Assembly (NCBI GenBank): GCA_024276825.1
Contig: JAJRWI010000069.1
Location: 32,001 to 96,000, forward strand
From: an archaeon
GTDB lineage: Archaea; Asgardarchaeota; Thorarchaeia; Thorarchaeales; Thorarchaeaceae
DNA length: 64,000 nucleotides
Direction: 5' to 3'
The notes under the pieces are model-generated. The model was not told the DNA's origin. It saw nothing but the letters and a program-made list of their open reading frames with translations, and did not search any database. The translations under genes and the position numbers were made by a program. Position 1 is the stretch's first letter; each line of letters starts with the position of its first letter. Below, one piece after another: positions 9,901-17,416 of the stretch.

Positions 9901-11812
9901 AGCGACTGAACATCTCAAGATAATCGGAGATTGATGACATATTTGTTATTTGAAATGAATGGGCATATCTTGCAGTCTTTGCAATCCAGTAACTCCACAT
10001 GAGAGACGGAATTGGTTCCATGTTCTCAAATCCTACTTCAGACCTGCAGGCTTCGACAAAGTCAATCAGGCCAGCAGTGCTAGCCCCAATTTCAACAAGG
10101 CATGTGGCCACAATATCAGTATGAATTAATTTGCCAACTTGGTCCCACTTATCTCGACCAAAACCTCCTGAGGGTAATTGAACCGAAGTCAGCCATGAAA
10201 TCCCATTTGTTCTGTTCTCTTCGGCCAATGTACCCAAGACCGACATTGTTGTGAGAGCATTTGCAGTTCCTCTTACAATTTCAATAGACGGAGGAATTTT
10301 GTCAGTGTAAGAGCCATCTCCATTGGAGGTCTGATCAAGTATCCACTCTGTCAGTTTATATGGATCATTGTGAGATTTTCCCAGAATTTGCAATGATAGA
10401 ACATACTGAGCTGCATAGGAATTACTTGGCGACAGAGATGATGGATTGTATGATACACCTCCCCAGAAGTCGGGATTGGGAGTATCACCCCCATCTATTA
10501 CACAGTCCCTTAACCAAGACTCGAGTGAAACTGTGTCAATTGCGCTCAGACTGCCAGAATAATTCAATGATTCAAGGACATAATAAGTGACTGTAATCGA
10601 GTCTTCAAAACCACCTTCTGGCATTTGTTTGCTTGCGAGCGTATCTGCAAGTAATGAAATATTGAAACGTTTTGATCCTATGATTGACGCAATCCAAAGG
10701 CCATTTGCTATCGATGTGTTTGTCACTTTGCCATCGATCAAAGAAGTGTAGAAGTTAGCAGTGACTCCATCATCAAGGTAGAGTCGATCAAGTGCATTTT
10801 CAATCATTCCACTATTATTATCCAGCCATGAAATCCAGTCTTGACCATTAAGGACTTCATATGCAATATGCACAGCATGATATATGGCCTCAATTCTCGG
10901 GGTGTGAAAATAGGAGAAACCTCCTTCTACAACATCTGTGTGTGAGGCTTGTGCAGATCTGACAGTTATGGATGTAGAGGACTCTTTGAGTGTAGGGACA
11001 TAGGCCAATAGATTGACAAGTAAATCAATGCCAGACTCGGTCATTCTTGTCGGGCTTTCTGCAGAGAGTAGAAACATGTCGAGCGGCCACGAGTCATATC
11101 TCAGGACAGGAAGCCTTTCAGGAGCGTCTGCGCTAGTGAGATTCACTAGTCGTGAGTGTTCGGTTTGTGCGATGTCAAGTGGCAAAGCAACTTCATTTTC
11201 TGTGGTAATCATATCACCACTTGTGATTGTATTTGGATAGTAGAAAAAGACTGCCTTCTCATAAGCCGGTGTGGTGAATAGGGTGTTTGATGAGAAGGCA
11301 GTGTGGGAGGGAGAACCTCGATTTTTGAGCCTGTGCAATATCCATGCAGAGCGGCCCAAGAGTATCAGGGGAGCATCACATTGAAGAAGAGAGGAGAGGA
11401 GAGAGTTGGAAACCAAGGATCCATTGTCAGCTCCCATACTCGCATCAAGTATTATAGCTGGAGACCCAGAGATTACTGAGGCTGTGATCTCATCTGCAGA
11501 AATAATCTTGGTCACTATTCCTCGTGCTTCGAGAACCTTTGCAATTTCAAAGCCATGAGACGTAATTGATGTGTTCAATGCTTGTATGATTATATAGGGT
11601 GTAGCATCAATAATAATTCCAGGTGTTGCACTAGTCATTGTGTTCTCGACTTGTTTGGGCCTTGAGTCATCATATGAGAATAATGAGCGTAATTGATCGC
11701 TTGCAGTCGGTTGGGATGACAATAATATCAAGAGTGCGAAGGTAAGTGCAACAATCCATTTACTATTCATTAATTCACATATCCCCCATTGTTTTGATTG
11801 AATAATTCTCAA
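3986..11812 (-). CDS. Giant secreted, C-terminally anchored surface protein with prenyltransferase/squalene-cyclase-like repeats and an Ig-like repeat stalk
   Basis: Signal peptide (likely start MNSKWIVAL at 11770). QW-like repeats SKQMPEGGF, DQTSNGDGSY, SVQLPSGGF, QQCQASSGHF. Many TxxxG/WTPxxxGxY beta-sandwich repeats after ~aa 880. C-terminal TM followed by RKR. Confidence 0.8.
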   Translation of the reverse strand: MRIIQSKQWGICELMNSKWIVALTFALLILLSSQPTASDQLRSLFSYDDSRPKQVENTMTSATPGIIIDATPYIIIQALNTSITSHGFEIAKVLEARGIVTKIISADEITASVISGSPAIILDASMGADNGSLVSNSLLSSLLQCDAPLILLGRSAWILHRLKNRGSPSHTAFSSNTLFTTPAYEKAVFFYYPNTITSGDMITTENEVALPLDIAQTEHSRLVNLTSADAPERLPVLRYDSWPLDMFLLSAESPTRMTESGIDLLVNLLAYVPTLKESSTSITVRSAQASHTDVVEGGFSYFHTPRIEAIYHAVHIAYEVLNGQDWISWLDNNSGMIENALDRLYLDDGVTANFYTSLIDGKVTNTSIANGLWIASIIGSKRFNISLLADTLASKQMPEGGFEDSITVTYYVLESLNYSGSLSAIDTVSLESWLRDCVIDGGDTPNPDFWGGVSYNPSSLSPSNSYAAQYVLSLQILGKSHNDPYKLTEWILDQTSNGDGSYTDKIPPSIEIVRGTANALTTMSVLGTLAEENRTNGISWLTSVQLPSGGFGRDKWDQVGKLIHTDIVATCLVEIGASTAGLIDFVEACRSEVGFENMEPIPSLMWSYWIAKTARYAHSFQITNMSSISDYLEMFSRWSEYPDLVNITTHVPQEYASYISSTQYFDLSVWSQLFGVELTNACGFILDNAMRTSAISQIQQCQASSGHFRPMDSFIWTPSMQYSVAAIEALNLLDGLDSISYRTQLESAVMNEYQSGRWSSQSWTILPFAKKQSAIDYLSTRTALRLDLITTAMANEIASVIANRVQYDDLWALSRDVATIALLNSSFTISLDIFNISLIEDLLQNSFIDGWFNSTDFWQPVFTADVLEMVSILGLRLRLMKPTGQNIAITSVGYSHIGQGLSIDISINSTKVSHTVQVSAFNEIFKFDNVANSDTLIIQVPQTQDVLGSSNISIMLNDYGDCRAFARTEVNTTGSLNGSLEVFNSSALIGDMINSTVTWALDTGKPAGPTNLTVRVGNQSFYKEWYYYDQVSSFNIEIPTSDLTEGNYDLNVILDRAWCESLLISEPIVLNAPRPTYFVADSVVYSELSTSAIVNWSLHFQENGSFIASQTVNFEVYYGSTLVYSASDKSIEGVSTFNWTPDTRGTFTYRLLFSRNGTIESSEFSGDIIVSEPTRITWQNVESQNQYSNITVNLTLSTLSGENLSDEQILINVRSPTGAIIMDDYLITDINGQIEFTIYLGENGVYSINANFAGTLHLQFCDSNDNIVSWSSSNLQLTGIPSDTLVDQSYLIGARLLDSMNYSLSSETLILIITYLPSTQIINITLTTSQDGTIAYNWTPDTAGSYKIESIYEGSISRGSASIAKNTDTYIPLMLTVEVGTNLQVGIQSWIDVLATNHLSTPVTNILVNVTTQGLSISGLTDDDGHLNVSWTPDVRGSIIINTSSSRQLWYESASSINLVEVCESSALLIEWDGPLRAVDNATLQVQLVDSLGYPVFNMSISTQLFLDGEIFFDNTDITNEHGIIIISFTLSHPGTLSVISTFDSQDFLLSSTNQISKTVLGITEININPTSPLIQTSTRGIIISLINWQGVPLSNSEVSFSIRDSDETVIYSSELITDADGICVISYTFNNIGDFMITASYPGADLNAPAEIVQIQQVYVTPNFKLSVAPSVILGETLSIDTGILDKLGQYISGRNLTMSIYMNDTLVFQSVFLSNDGTTQTHWTPAARGLARIMIYHSPSFLYLENSTNVYISVLEMVSANLALSADNIDLFTSVEFVYQMAAESDVSNIQVDFALLGIDLLPVWSSTTITDENGTARMTYFANHTTGMLTLRVEPHEEYFTIGGSQETQLTVMTNCSLSVQFMPSPPSLGDDVIILISAHDDLGGIISGVSVTVWLSDPYGVLIKLGTWSNSINLVLENGAANLTFTPSVSGLYRVELQSQETTTVHSAYHESSHTVYCPINLNITLSNYDILVGQTVTIVVRMTDYWDSIMAGFDLTVEIIGPGTKTIGPVTLTTNSSGYVTWVVSINDQGFWTIIASFDGAGVYLSSNEADNIDARYGTLIHVQAQLDTVIASETVVSLSVLLTDSNDAPLEGFSLGYSIYHSEFGPVNGGLLMQSSNMPEKLNLTFPYMGNYSIIFIFNGTAHYHPSNTAIELFVFGTTTVSFESPKSFDRALNASVRIICLNEMGETIEPSQLNIEILLENGTHPIDVSSRLMSDNNWTGLSVFKLPVGQYHLSISVANTPTRIGTHGEFTFNITTVSKIMIQQASADGILGHEQYISLIITDSLDIPLDSVDVSISLYDPLGNEILGSPLSSVTKYETNDGVIEVSWTPTLTGNYSLVVSYEGNEFISSCDFQITTLSRYQTDMEVDVDWVFTFGNPVRATITLSSPTAKVSNVEIEVKAFLEGMCIIDTSIPTSFRGIATIQLHDLPAGLILLNFSFNGDSNFAPAYQTRMIKVQPIVDVFVAEVISPYLGSNCTVCLNISILGPDMSWTGLLSYKITRPDNRTQLGQIVVGSTGSISLTFHAEVIGVYSINLTISGIPAIATYHDTFNIVIESAPIPLMVDAATTPVFTGGLVLPLIGLFVRKRLNRIIESLPSDWDE

Positions 11813-12249
11813 GTTGCTGAATTGAGATGATGATCGTGCATTGTGAAATCATGATTGTTCTACAGCCTTTCACATTAGCTCCAGCAATTGATGCAAGCGA
11901 TGCATAATGCTTCATTGTTGTTCATGAGAAAATATGAGGCGGAAAAATTTCAGAGGTTCGTGAAATTACGAAAGGATAGATGAGTGAGTAAAATGCGTAA
12001 AATTTGAGCCATAACCCTTTTAATTCAGTAAACTATCATATAGGTAGATAATTTAAGTAATTTAGAAGTATTATCATACTTTATCCATAAGTTTGGTATT
12101 AAGTAGAACCATATTGCAAAATAGCATGGTACAATCATTAGTGTGCTGTTGATGTTTCTATGAGTGCGTTTGATTAGTGAACATCTGAATTGGAATATAG
12201 AGGTCTCGGGGGCTTTATATCTTTGGCTTCCCATTGGTCCCATTGAATT

Positions 12250-13920
12250 ATGACACGCGCTATTCCAGTTTCAATTGGGTGGTTAAGACAACAGACAGGT
12301 TATGACAGAATAAGGCAGACTTATGACTCATTATTGATAGAGAATCTTTTTAAATTGCATTACGGAAATAGAAATTTTAGTCGTGATGTTTTTGAGAGAA
12401 GCAACAATCTCAAGCCCATTGATCCCAAAGTACGGACAAAGAGATTGCTGGAGAGGAAGATTGGAGGACTCGATGCAAAGAACAACTTGACATTGTATGA
12501 GAAATTAAAAGGCGATAGTTTATTCGAGCAGATTCAGTCAGTCTTGCCCAAAATCGGAGAGGGCAGACGATCATTATTGCTTCTAGAAAAGCGTGATGAA
12601 CTCACGTATATCTTAGCCCGTGTGGTTGCAGGATTACTACCAAAGGGGCTTTCATGGACACTAAATTCAGAAGGGATAGATGACCTCTGCGCAGGGAGCT
12701 TTTTCCTTCTGCAGCTTGCCAAGTATTTTGATGCAAGTGTTCGCTGGCTAGAGATAATTAGGCATCCGGAGCTCTACCCAAGAAGCACAACCACAGATAT
12801 TCGAAATATCAGGCCTGACTGTGCGGTTGCCTCGCGATGGGACTTCTTCTTCTCAAAGATTCGACTGTCATTGAATACTATGAGAAAGCCCGAAGTCATG
12901 GAGTTTCACAGAAGGAGAGGAGAATACATCAGGCCCAAACAGGTGACCCATCAAGAGATAATGAACATCTACAATAGGAAGTTTTCAAAACGAACTGCGA
13001 CCACCTTAAGTGCAATATTGGACTTTTCGAGCACTGAAAAGTTTCTCCCAAATATGCCGGGTATCGGATTGCAATATCGCTATGCAATTACCGAGAGGAG
13101 AAAAATTGCTTCATTTTTCAGGGGAGGTCTCATTGAACATTATAAACTCATGCAGACATATGATAATCAGTTCAAACATGTCTTTATCTATCTTGAACCA
13201 ATCGGCACACAAACTGCGCCATTTCTAGCAGATGATGAGATCATCCAATTTGTCACTAATGACGAATCATTCAGTATAAGGCTAGACTTGTATGACAAAG
13301 CAAATAAAGATTGGAGCATAGAACCCTGGAATCAAAAAATCCCAGGGAATCCTCAGAAGAGCGATCTGTGGTTGTATCATGAGATTAGGAGTAGAGTTGA
13401 GAAGGAGAGAAGTTGGAATAAAAGGGAAATGGAGGTCATGTTCACTCTTCTCGGCCATAATGGTTCGTTTCGATCACGAGTTTCAATCATCAATCTGCTA
13501 GGATATAGCACCACAACATTTCACAGGTCTTTGAATAGCATTCTTGATGAGAAGCATGTCAGTCTGATGCATCATCCCACATTGGAATTCATAGGATTGA
13601 CTGAGGGAGTGCTCGTAATCATCCCGGATGCTCATAGCAAGTTGATCAGGAAATGTATCAAATGGTTTAGAAATTCCAATGTGTATTGTCACATACGCAG
13701 CGATTCGGAGAGAAGGAGGTTGGTTGCACATATCAGAACCCCAACCGCAAGGGCATGGATTGTGGCAAAGATCATTCGAGACATGCTATTAAAGGAAGGA
13801 TTGAGATTCGAGGAGGGTGAGTTCATATCAGCTATAATATCGGGTATGAGATATCACTACATGACACTTCCTGCCAGACTATTCGACAAGAGTGGCAAGT
13901 GTTGGAGAGATATCAAGTGA
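12250..13920 (+). CDS. Hypothetical protein, probable tandem Lrp/AsnC-like wHTH regulator
   Basis: 556-aa ORF. C-terminal 'WNKREMEVMFTL...LGYSTTTFHRSLNSILDE..HPTLEFIGL' fits wHTH plus Lrp linker; the earlier 'LPNMPGIGL' repeats the linker. Confidence 0.5.
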   Translation: MTRAIPVSIGWLRQQTGYDRIRQTYDSLLIENLFKLHYGNRNFSRDVFERSNNLKPIDPKVRTKRLLERKIGGLDAKNNLTLYEKLKGDSLFEQIQSVLPKIGEGRRSLLLLEKRDELTYILARVVAGLLPKGLSWTLNSEGIDDLCAGSFFLLQLAKYFDASVRWLEIIRHPELYPRSTTTDIRNIRPDCAVASRWDFFFSKIRLSLNTMRKPEVMEFHRRRGEYIRPKQVTHQEIMNIYNRKFSKRTATTLSAILDFSSTEKFLPNMPGIGLQYRYAITERRKIASFFRGGLIEHYKLMQTYDNQFKHVFIYLEPIGTQTAPFLADDEIIQFVTNDESFSIRLDLYDKANKDWSIEPWNQKIPGNPQKSDLWLYHEIRSRVEKERSWNKREMEVMFTLLGHNGSFRSRVSIINLLGYSTTTFHRSLNSILDEKHVSLMHHPTLEFIGLTEGVLVIIPDAHSKLIRKCIKWFRNSNVYCHIRSDSERRRLVAHIRTPTARAWIVAKIIRDMLLKEGLRFEEGEFISAIISGMRYHYMTLPARLFDKSGKCWRDIK

Positions 13921-13925
13921 TCGAC

Positions 13926-14138
13926 TTAAACAGGCACTTCATCGGCCACTCTCTTAGTAATGGCTCGAATCACTTGTGAGAAGAGTGGATTTCTGCGTTT
14001 GCATTCTTCATGAACCATTCGCAAGAACTTTCTGCAGATCTCCAATAGCTCTCCGTCTGACTTTAGTAGAAAGCCTCTAACAGATATACATACATTACAG
14101 AGTTCATCATCTCTTAGTTTTGACCAATCGATTGGCAT
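13926..14138 (-). CDS. Small hypothetical protein (70 aa, MPIDWSKL...), last gene of the operon
   Basis: ATG at 14138 overlaps the FEN1 stop (TAATG coupling); Cys-containing helical sequence. Confidence 0.6.
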   Translation of the reverse strand: MPIDWSKLRDDELCNVCISVRGFLLKSDGELLEICRKFLRMVHEECKRRNPLFSQVIRAITKRVADEVPV

Positions 14139-15127
14139 TAAAACCAAACCTCCAGAGTTGTTTGATAAGTTCCGAATCTCTTCCATGTTCTGATTATCTC
14201 ACTAGTCAGGATTTCAGCCCTGTCCTCATTCATTACTACATTCAGAATCTTGGTTAGTCGTGAACTCAATGGCGAGCGAAGTTGCAGGTCGCTGGTGTTG
14301 ATAAATAACCGATTGACTTCATCAAAAGTTTCACGCGCACGAATAAACTCTTCGCGCTCACTCTGCAGAAAGCCAAGCGATCTTAAAACATCTTCAAGAA
14401 ACCCGAATCGTTTCAGCAGGATTGCGCCCTTGCGTGGACCTATTCCTTTGACACCCGGCGAGAAATCACAACCCGATAGAATTGCCAGGTCTCTTAATTG
14501 CTCAATGTCTAGGCCTATGGATTTCAACACTGAGTCCAATGTAGTATATTCAACCTCGTCTTTCGAATAACGAATTGATTTGGAAACATGAGGACTACCA
14601 AAGAGAAGTGCATCTACATCATTAGACAAACATGTTCCTGCAAAGCCATCCTTGCATAGTAGGGCTGCAGCCATCTCAGCCTCAGTTGGAGAAGTGATTG
14701 CTGGCACGCCAATTGCAGAACAAATATCCATGATATGGTATGCCGAGAAGTACCATCGCAGAGAAGGACTATCATGGAGACTCTGAACGAGAAAAATATC
14801 CCTTGGATCTTGAGTCCTAGAGAATTCCCTATACAGGTCATTTGCAGTTCGAATCAACTCAGGGTTGGGAGAACGCTTGAGATGTTCAGGGATTCCATCA
14901 AATATGAATACAGGCAGGATATTGCTGGCAAGAGCCTTCTTTATGAAGCCAAGGACAATTGAAACATGAATAGTCGAAATTCTATCTAGAGATTGGATGA
15001 TTCTGTTCTCGATTGAACGAATTCTCTTCATCAAATAGTTAGGGGCATCAATCGCAATCACTGCTGGGTGTATAGTATTGATCTTACCGACCTGCCAGGA
15101 GATGAAGTCCCAGTTCTTAACACCCAT
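14138..15127 (-). CDS. fen: FEN1/XPG-family structure-specific nuclease with C-terminal PIP box
   Basis: MGV...IAIDA, VFIFDG, EAEMAAA, SNDVDALLFG, H2TH LSGCDFSPGVKGIG; PCNA-binding QTTLEVWF. Confidence 0.9.
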   Translation of the reverse strand: MGVKNWDFISWQVGKINTIHPAVIAIDAPNYLMKRIRSIENRIIQSLDRISTIHVSIVLGFIKKALASNILPVFIFDGIPEHLKRSPNPELIRTANDLYREFSRTQDPRDIFLVQSLHDSPSLRWYFSAYHIMDICSAIGVPAITSPTEAEMAAALLCKDGFAGTCLSNDVDALLFGSPHVSKSIRYSKDEVEYTTLDSVLKSIGLDIEQLRDLAILSGCDFSPGVKGIGPRKGAILLKRFGFLEDVLRSLGFLQSEREEFIRARETFDEVNRLFINTSDLQLRSPLSSRLTKILNVVMNEDRAEILTSEIIRTWKRFGTYQTTLEVWF

Positions 15128-15832
15128 CTATACTACCTCCACCCCACTCTTTCTTATTCTTACAACAATTGCAGGGGGTATTCCATGAATAGGACTTTTT
15201 TCAGCAAGGATTCTATAGTAATCCCTTGTTCCCTCAAGAAGCCCCACAAGAAGGGACCAGTCGATATCGTGGGTCAGAACATTTCCACCTATGGGGATTA
15301 TCTTTCCAGAGTCCCAATTGCGTTTTGAGTGCCCCGTTAATAGAATGTGAATATCCATCGAATTGGCAAGTCCCCTCAAGCATTCAAGAGTGTTGAAGAG
15401 TTTGCGTTGCCTTTCTTTCGATCCTGGATTTCCTGATAGGTTCAGAAGATTTGTGAGGTTATCGATTATAAGAAGGAAGAGTAATTCGAATTCTCTTAAT
15501 GATTCTTTGAGCAGTTGGATATCCTCAAGATTTAGAATGTTGGTAAAATGAACCAATCTCATTACTTTCTCAGATTGAGAGGAGTTCTTGCACATGCTTC
15601 TTATTATCCTAGGGTTGTAATTCTTTCCTGAGTCAAGGAACACCACAGACTTTCCTGCCTTTGCAACTTGAACTGCAAGGTTGTGGGCCAACAATGTTAG
15701 AGGTGCTTTGTTAGGTCCGTGAATCAATGTGATCTGATGACTTTGTAGTTGGAATATGCTGTTAAGAACATGAGGCTTCAATGAGATGTTAAGATCATCA
15801 TCAGTTCTTAGTCTATCAAGTGGAATGGCCAT
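15128..15832 (-). CDS. RadA/Rad51 paralog (RecA fold) with degenerate Walker A
   Basis: ITLIHGPNKAPLT (no GKT), VVFLDSG, Walker B LLIIDNL, RQRKL, PIGGNVLTH. Confidence 0.8.
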   Translation of the reverse strand: MAIPLDRLRTDDDLNISLKPHVLNSIFQLQSHQITLIHGPNKAPLTLLAHNLAVQVAKAGKSVVFLDSGKNYNPRIIRSMCKNSSQSEKVMRLVHFTNILNLEDIQLLKESLREFELLFLLIIDNLTNLLNLSGNPGSKERQRKLFNTLECLRGLANSMDIHILLTGHSKRNWDSGKIIPIGGNVLTHDIDWSLLVGLLEGTRDYYRILAEKSPIHGIPPAIVVRIRKSGVEVV

Positions 15833-16787
15833 TCTCTCTCACCCCAGCAGGAATCATTCGAGTATCGCGGTTGATTAGTAATGAACTGATCACATTTGTT
15901 GGCAGCCTTGATACATTGTAGCCTGATACAAAGACATCGGGACATACTGCAATCAGTCCCCCAATTCGGGGAAACAATGTGACATAGTTTGCACCTTCAG
16001 TCAGAAGAACATCAATCAATTTCTGCTCCGGAATGATACAATATCGCCCATGTGCAAGTTCACCCTCATTCTCAATGAGTGGAAGAGCAAGAACAAGCTT
16101 GAGTAGGATTTGACTCCCAATCTCGTAAGGTATCTTGTTTCTTTGGAGCAGGTTATTGATTGTAGCATGCCAGTCCTCGAGATGTTTGGCTCTCAATACC
16201 AAGGCATCAAATTCATCAAGAATTGTCATTGAAACCGGAAGCATCGGACGGTCTCTCATAAGCTGAATAATCTTCATTTCATACTCTTTAGGGATTATGA
16301 ACAGGGCCAATGATGAAGTGCTAATTCTGAGCCAGCTAAAAGTATGCCCTTCCCAAACTGAGTAGAGTTTCATAACGAGAAAGCTGATAAGCGGATAAGA
16401 CCCAAATAACTGGCCCAATATCGAGATTGAACTCTGGGGGTCTTGAACTAATCGCGCTAGCAGGCCGACAAGTGCAACCGCTGCAATCATTGGGACTATT
16501 CCAAAAGGAAGTATGATCAAAGCACTTGCTATTGCCAAGAGAATGACACTTGCCCATGCGATGATGCTAATTAAATTAAACAATAGACCATCTTTATCAT
16601 CAAATTTCCCTGAAATTCGTAACAAGGCTACTGAACAGACTATCAAAACAATTAGAGGAAGATAATCGCCCAGTCTAGCAGCAATCACAATTGAGGACAC
16701 ATATCTGATTAGATGCCCACCCATGAGAATAGCAAAAGCTGCTGCAAATGATAGCCACATCAGACGAAAGCAGTACTTACTGAACAA
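15816..16787 (-). CDS. Membrane protein (~4-5 N-terminal TM helices plus soluble domain)
   Basis: Hydrophobic stretches over aa ~5-145; overlaps both neighbours in the operon. Confidence 0.7.
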   Translation of the reverse strand: MFSKYCFRLMWLSFAAAFAILMGGHLIRYVSSIVIAARLGDYLPLIVLIVCSVALLRISGKFDDKDGLLFNLISIIAWASVILLAIASALIILPFGIVPMIAAVALVGLLARLVQDPQSSISILGQLFGSYPLISFLVMKLYSVWEGHTFSWLRISTSSLALFIIPKEYEMKIIQLMRDRPMLPVSMTILDEFDALVLRAKHLEDWHATINNLLQRNKIPYEIGSQILLKLVLALPLIENEGELAHGRYCIIPEQKLIDVLLTEGANYVTLFPRIGGLIAVCPDVFVSGYNVSRLPTNVISSLLINRDTRMIPAGVRENGHST

Positions 16788-17413
16788 TTCAGATCGCCCT
16801 CCTGTAAGGCACCATCAGGCCTGATAATGACAGAACCATTCTCTTGTATGAGAGTCTCTGCTATCTTATTTCCATTTACCAAGATGCTAGAGATACCAGT
16901 AGGATCTCTTCTAATTTCAAGGTCATTATCACAGAATCTCCTGATGATATCGTAGAGGAGAGGGACATTGTGATCATTGAGAAAACGCATCTCATTGATT
17001 GCAAGAATCTGAAGGTTGGAATTCATAACCAGTGAGGAAAGAGTTGGCATTACCTCTTCTAACATTTCTCTGCCCCATAATGTGGGGTCTTTTCGTCCCA
17101 AGTCCACAGTTCGTGATATCGAGTCTATGACAACTAGCCTTGTGTTGCTGTTGATCAATTTGGGTAGTCGTTGTATCTGCTCTAATGCCTGCCCATGAGC
17201 CATGACGACTGAAACATTTTCTCTCTTGCCATTATTCAGTGATATGTTGTTTCTAAGGGGGTTTAGGAATGACCATTTACCATCCGTGTTCATCCATAGT
17301 ACATGATGATTCACAGTTAGTGGGGCTGCAATGGCAATTGCGAAAAGTGTCTTTCCAGAGCCTGCATCACCCCATACATGAGTCAGGCCTTTCAAATTCA
17401 GCATCATCCGCAA
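16760..17413 (-). CDS. RadB-like short RadA/Rad51 paralog
   Basis: Walker A GDAGSGKT, WMNTD, Walker B LVVIDS, AINE; lacks the N-terminal HhH domain. Confidence 0.82.
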   Translation of the reverse strand: MRMMLNLKGLTHVWGDAGSGKTLFAIAIAAPLTVNHHVLWMNTDGKWSFLNPLRNNISLNNGKRENVSVVMAHGQALEQIQRLPKLINSNTRLVVIDSISRTVDLGRKDPTLWGREMLEEVMPTLSSLVMNSNLQILAINEMRFLNDHNVPLLYDIIRRFCDNDLEIRRDPTGISSILVNGNKIAETLIQENGSVIIRPDGALQEGDLNCSVSTAFV

Positions 17414-17416
17414 ATA

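Noticed and set aside
15128-17413. ImuABC-like mutasome
   Set aside because: Degenerate RecA-like genes are present, but I recognise no DNA polymerase in the operon.
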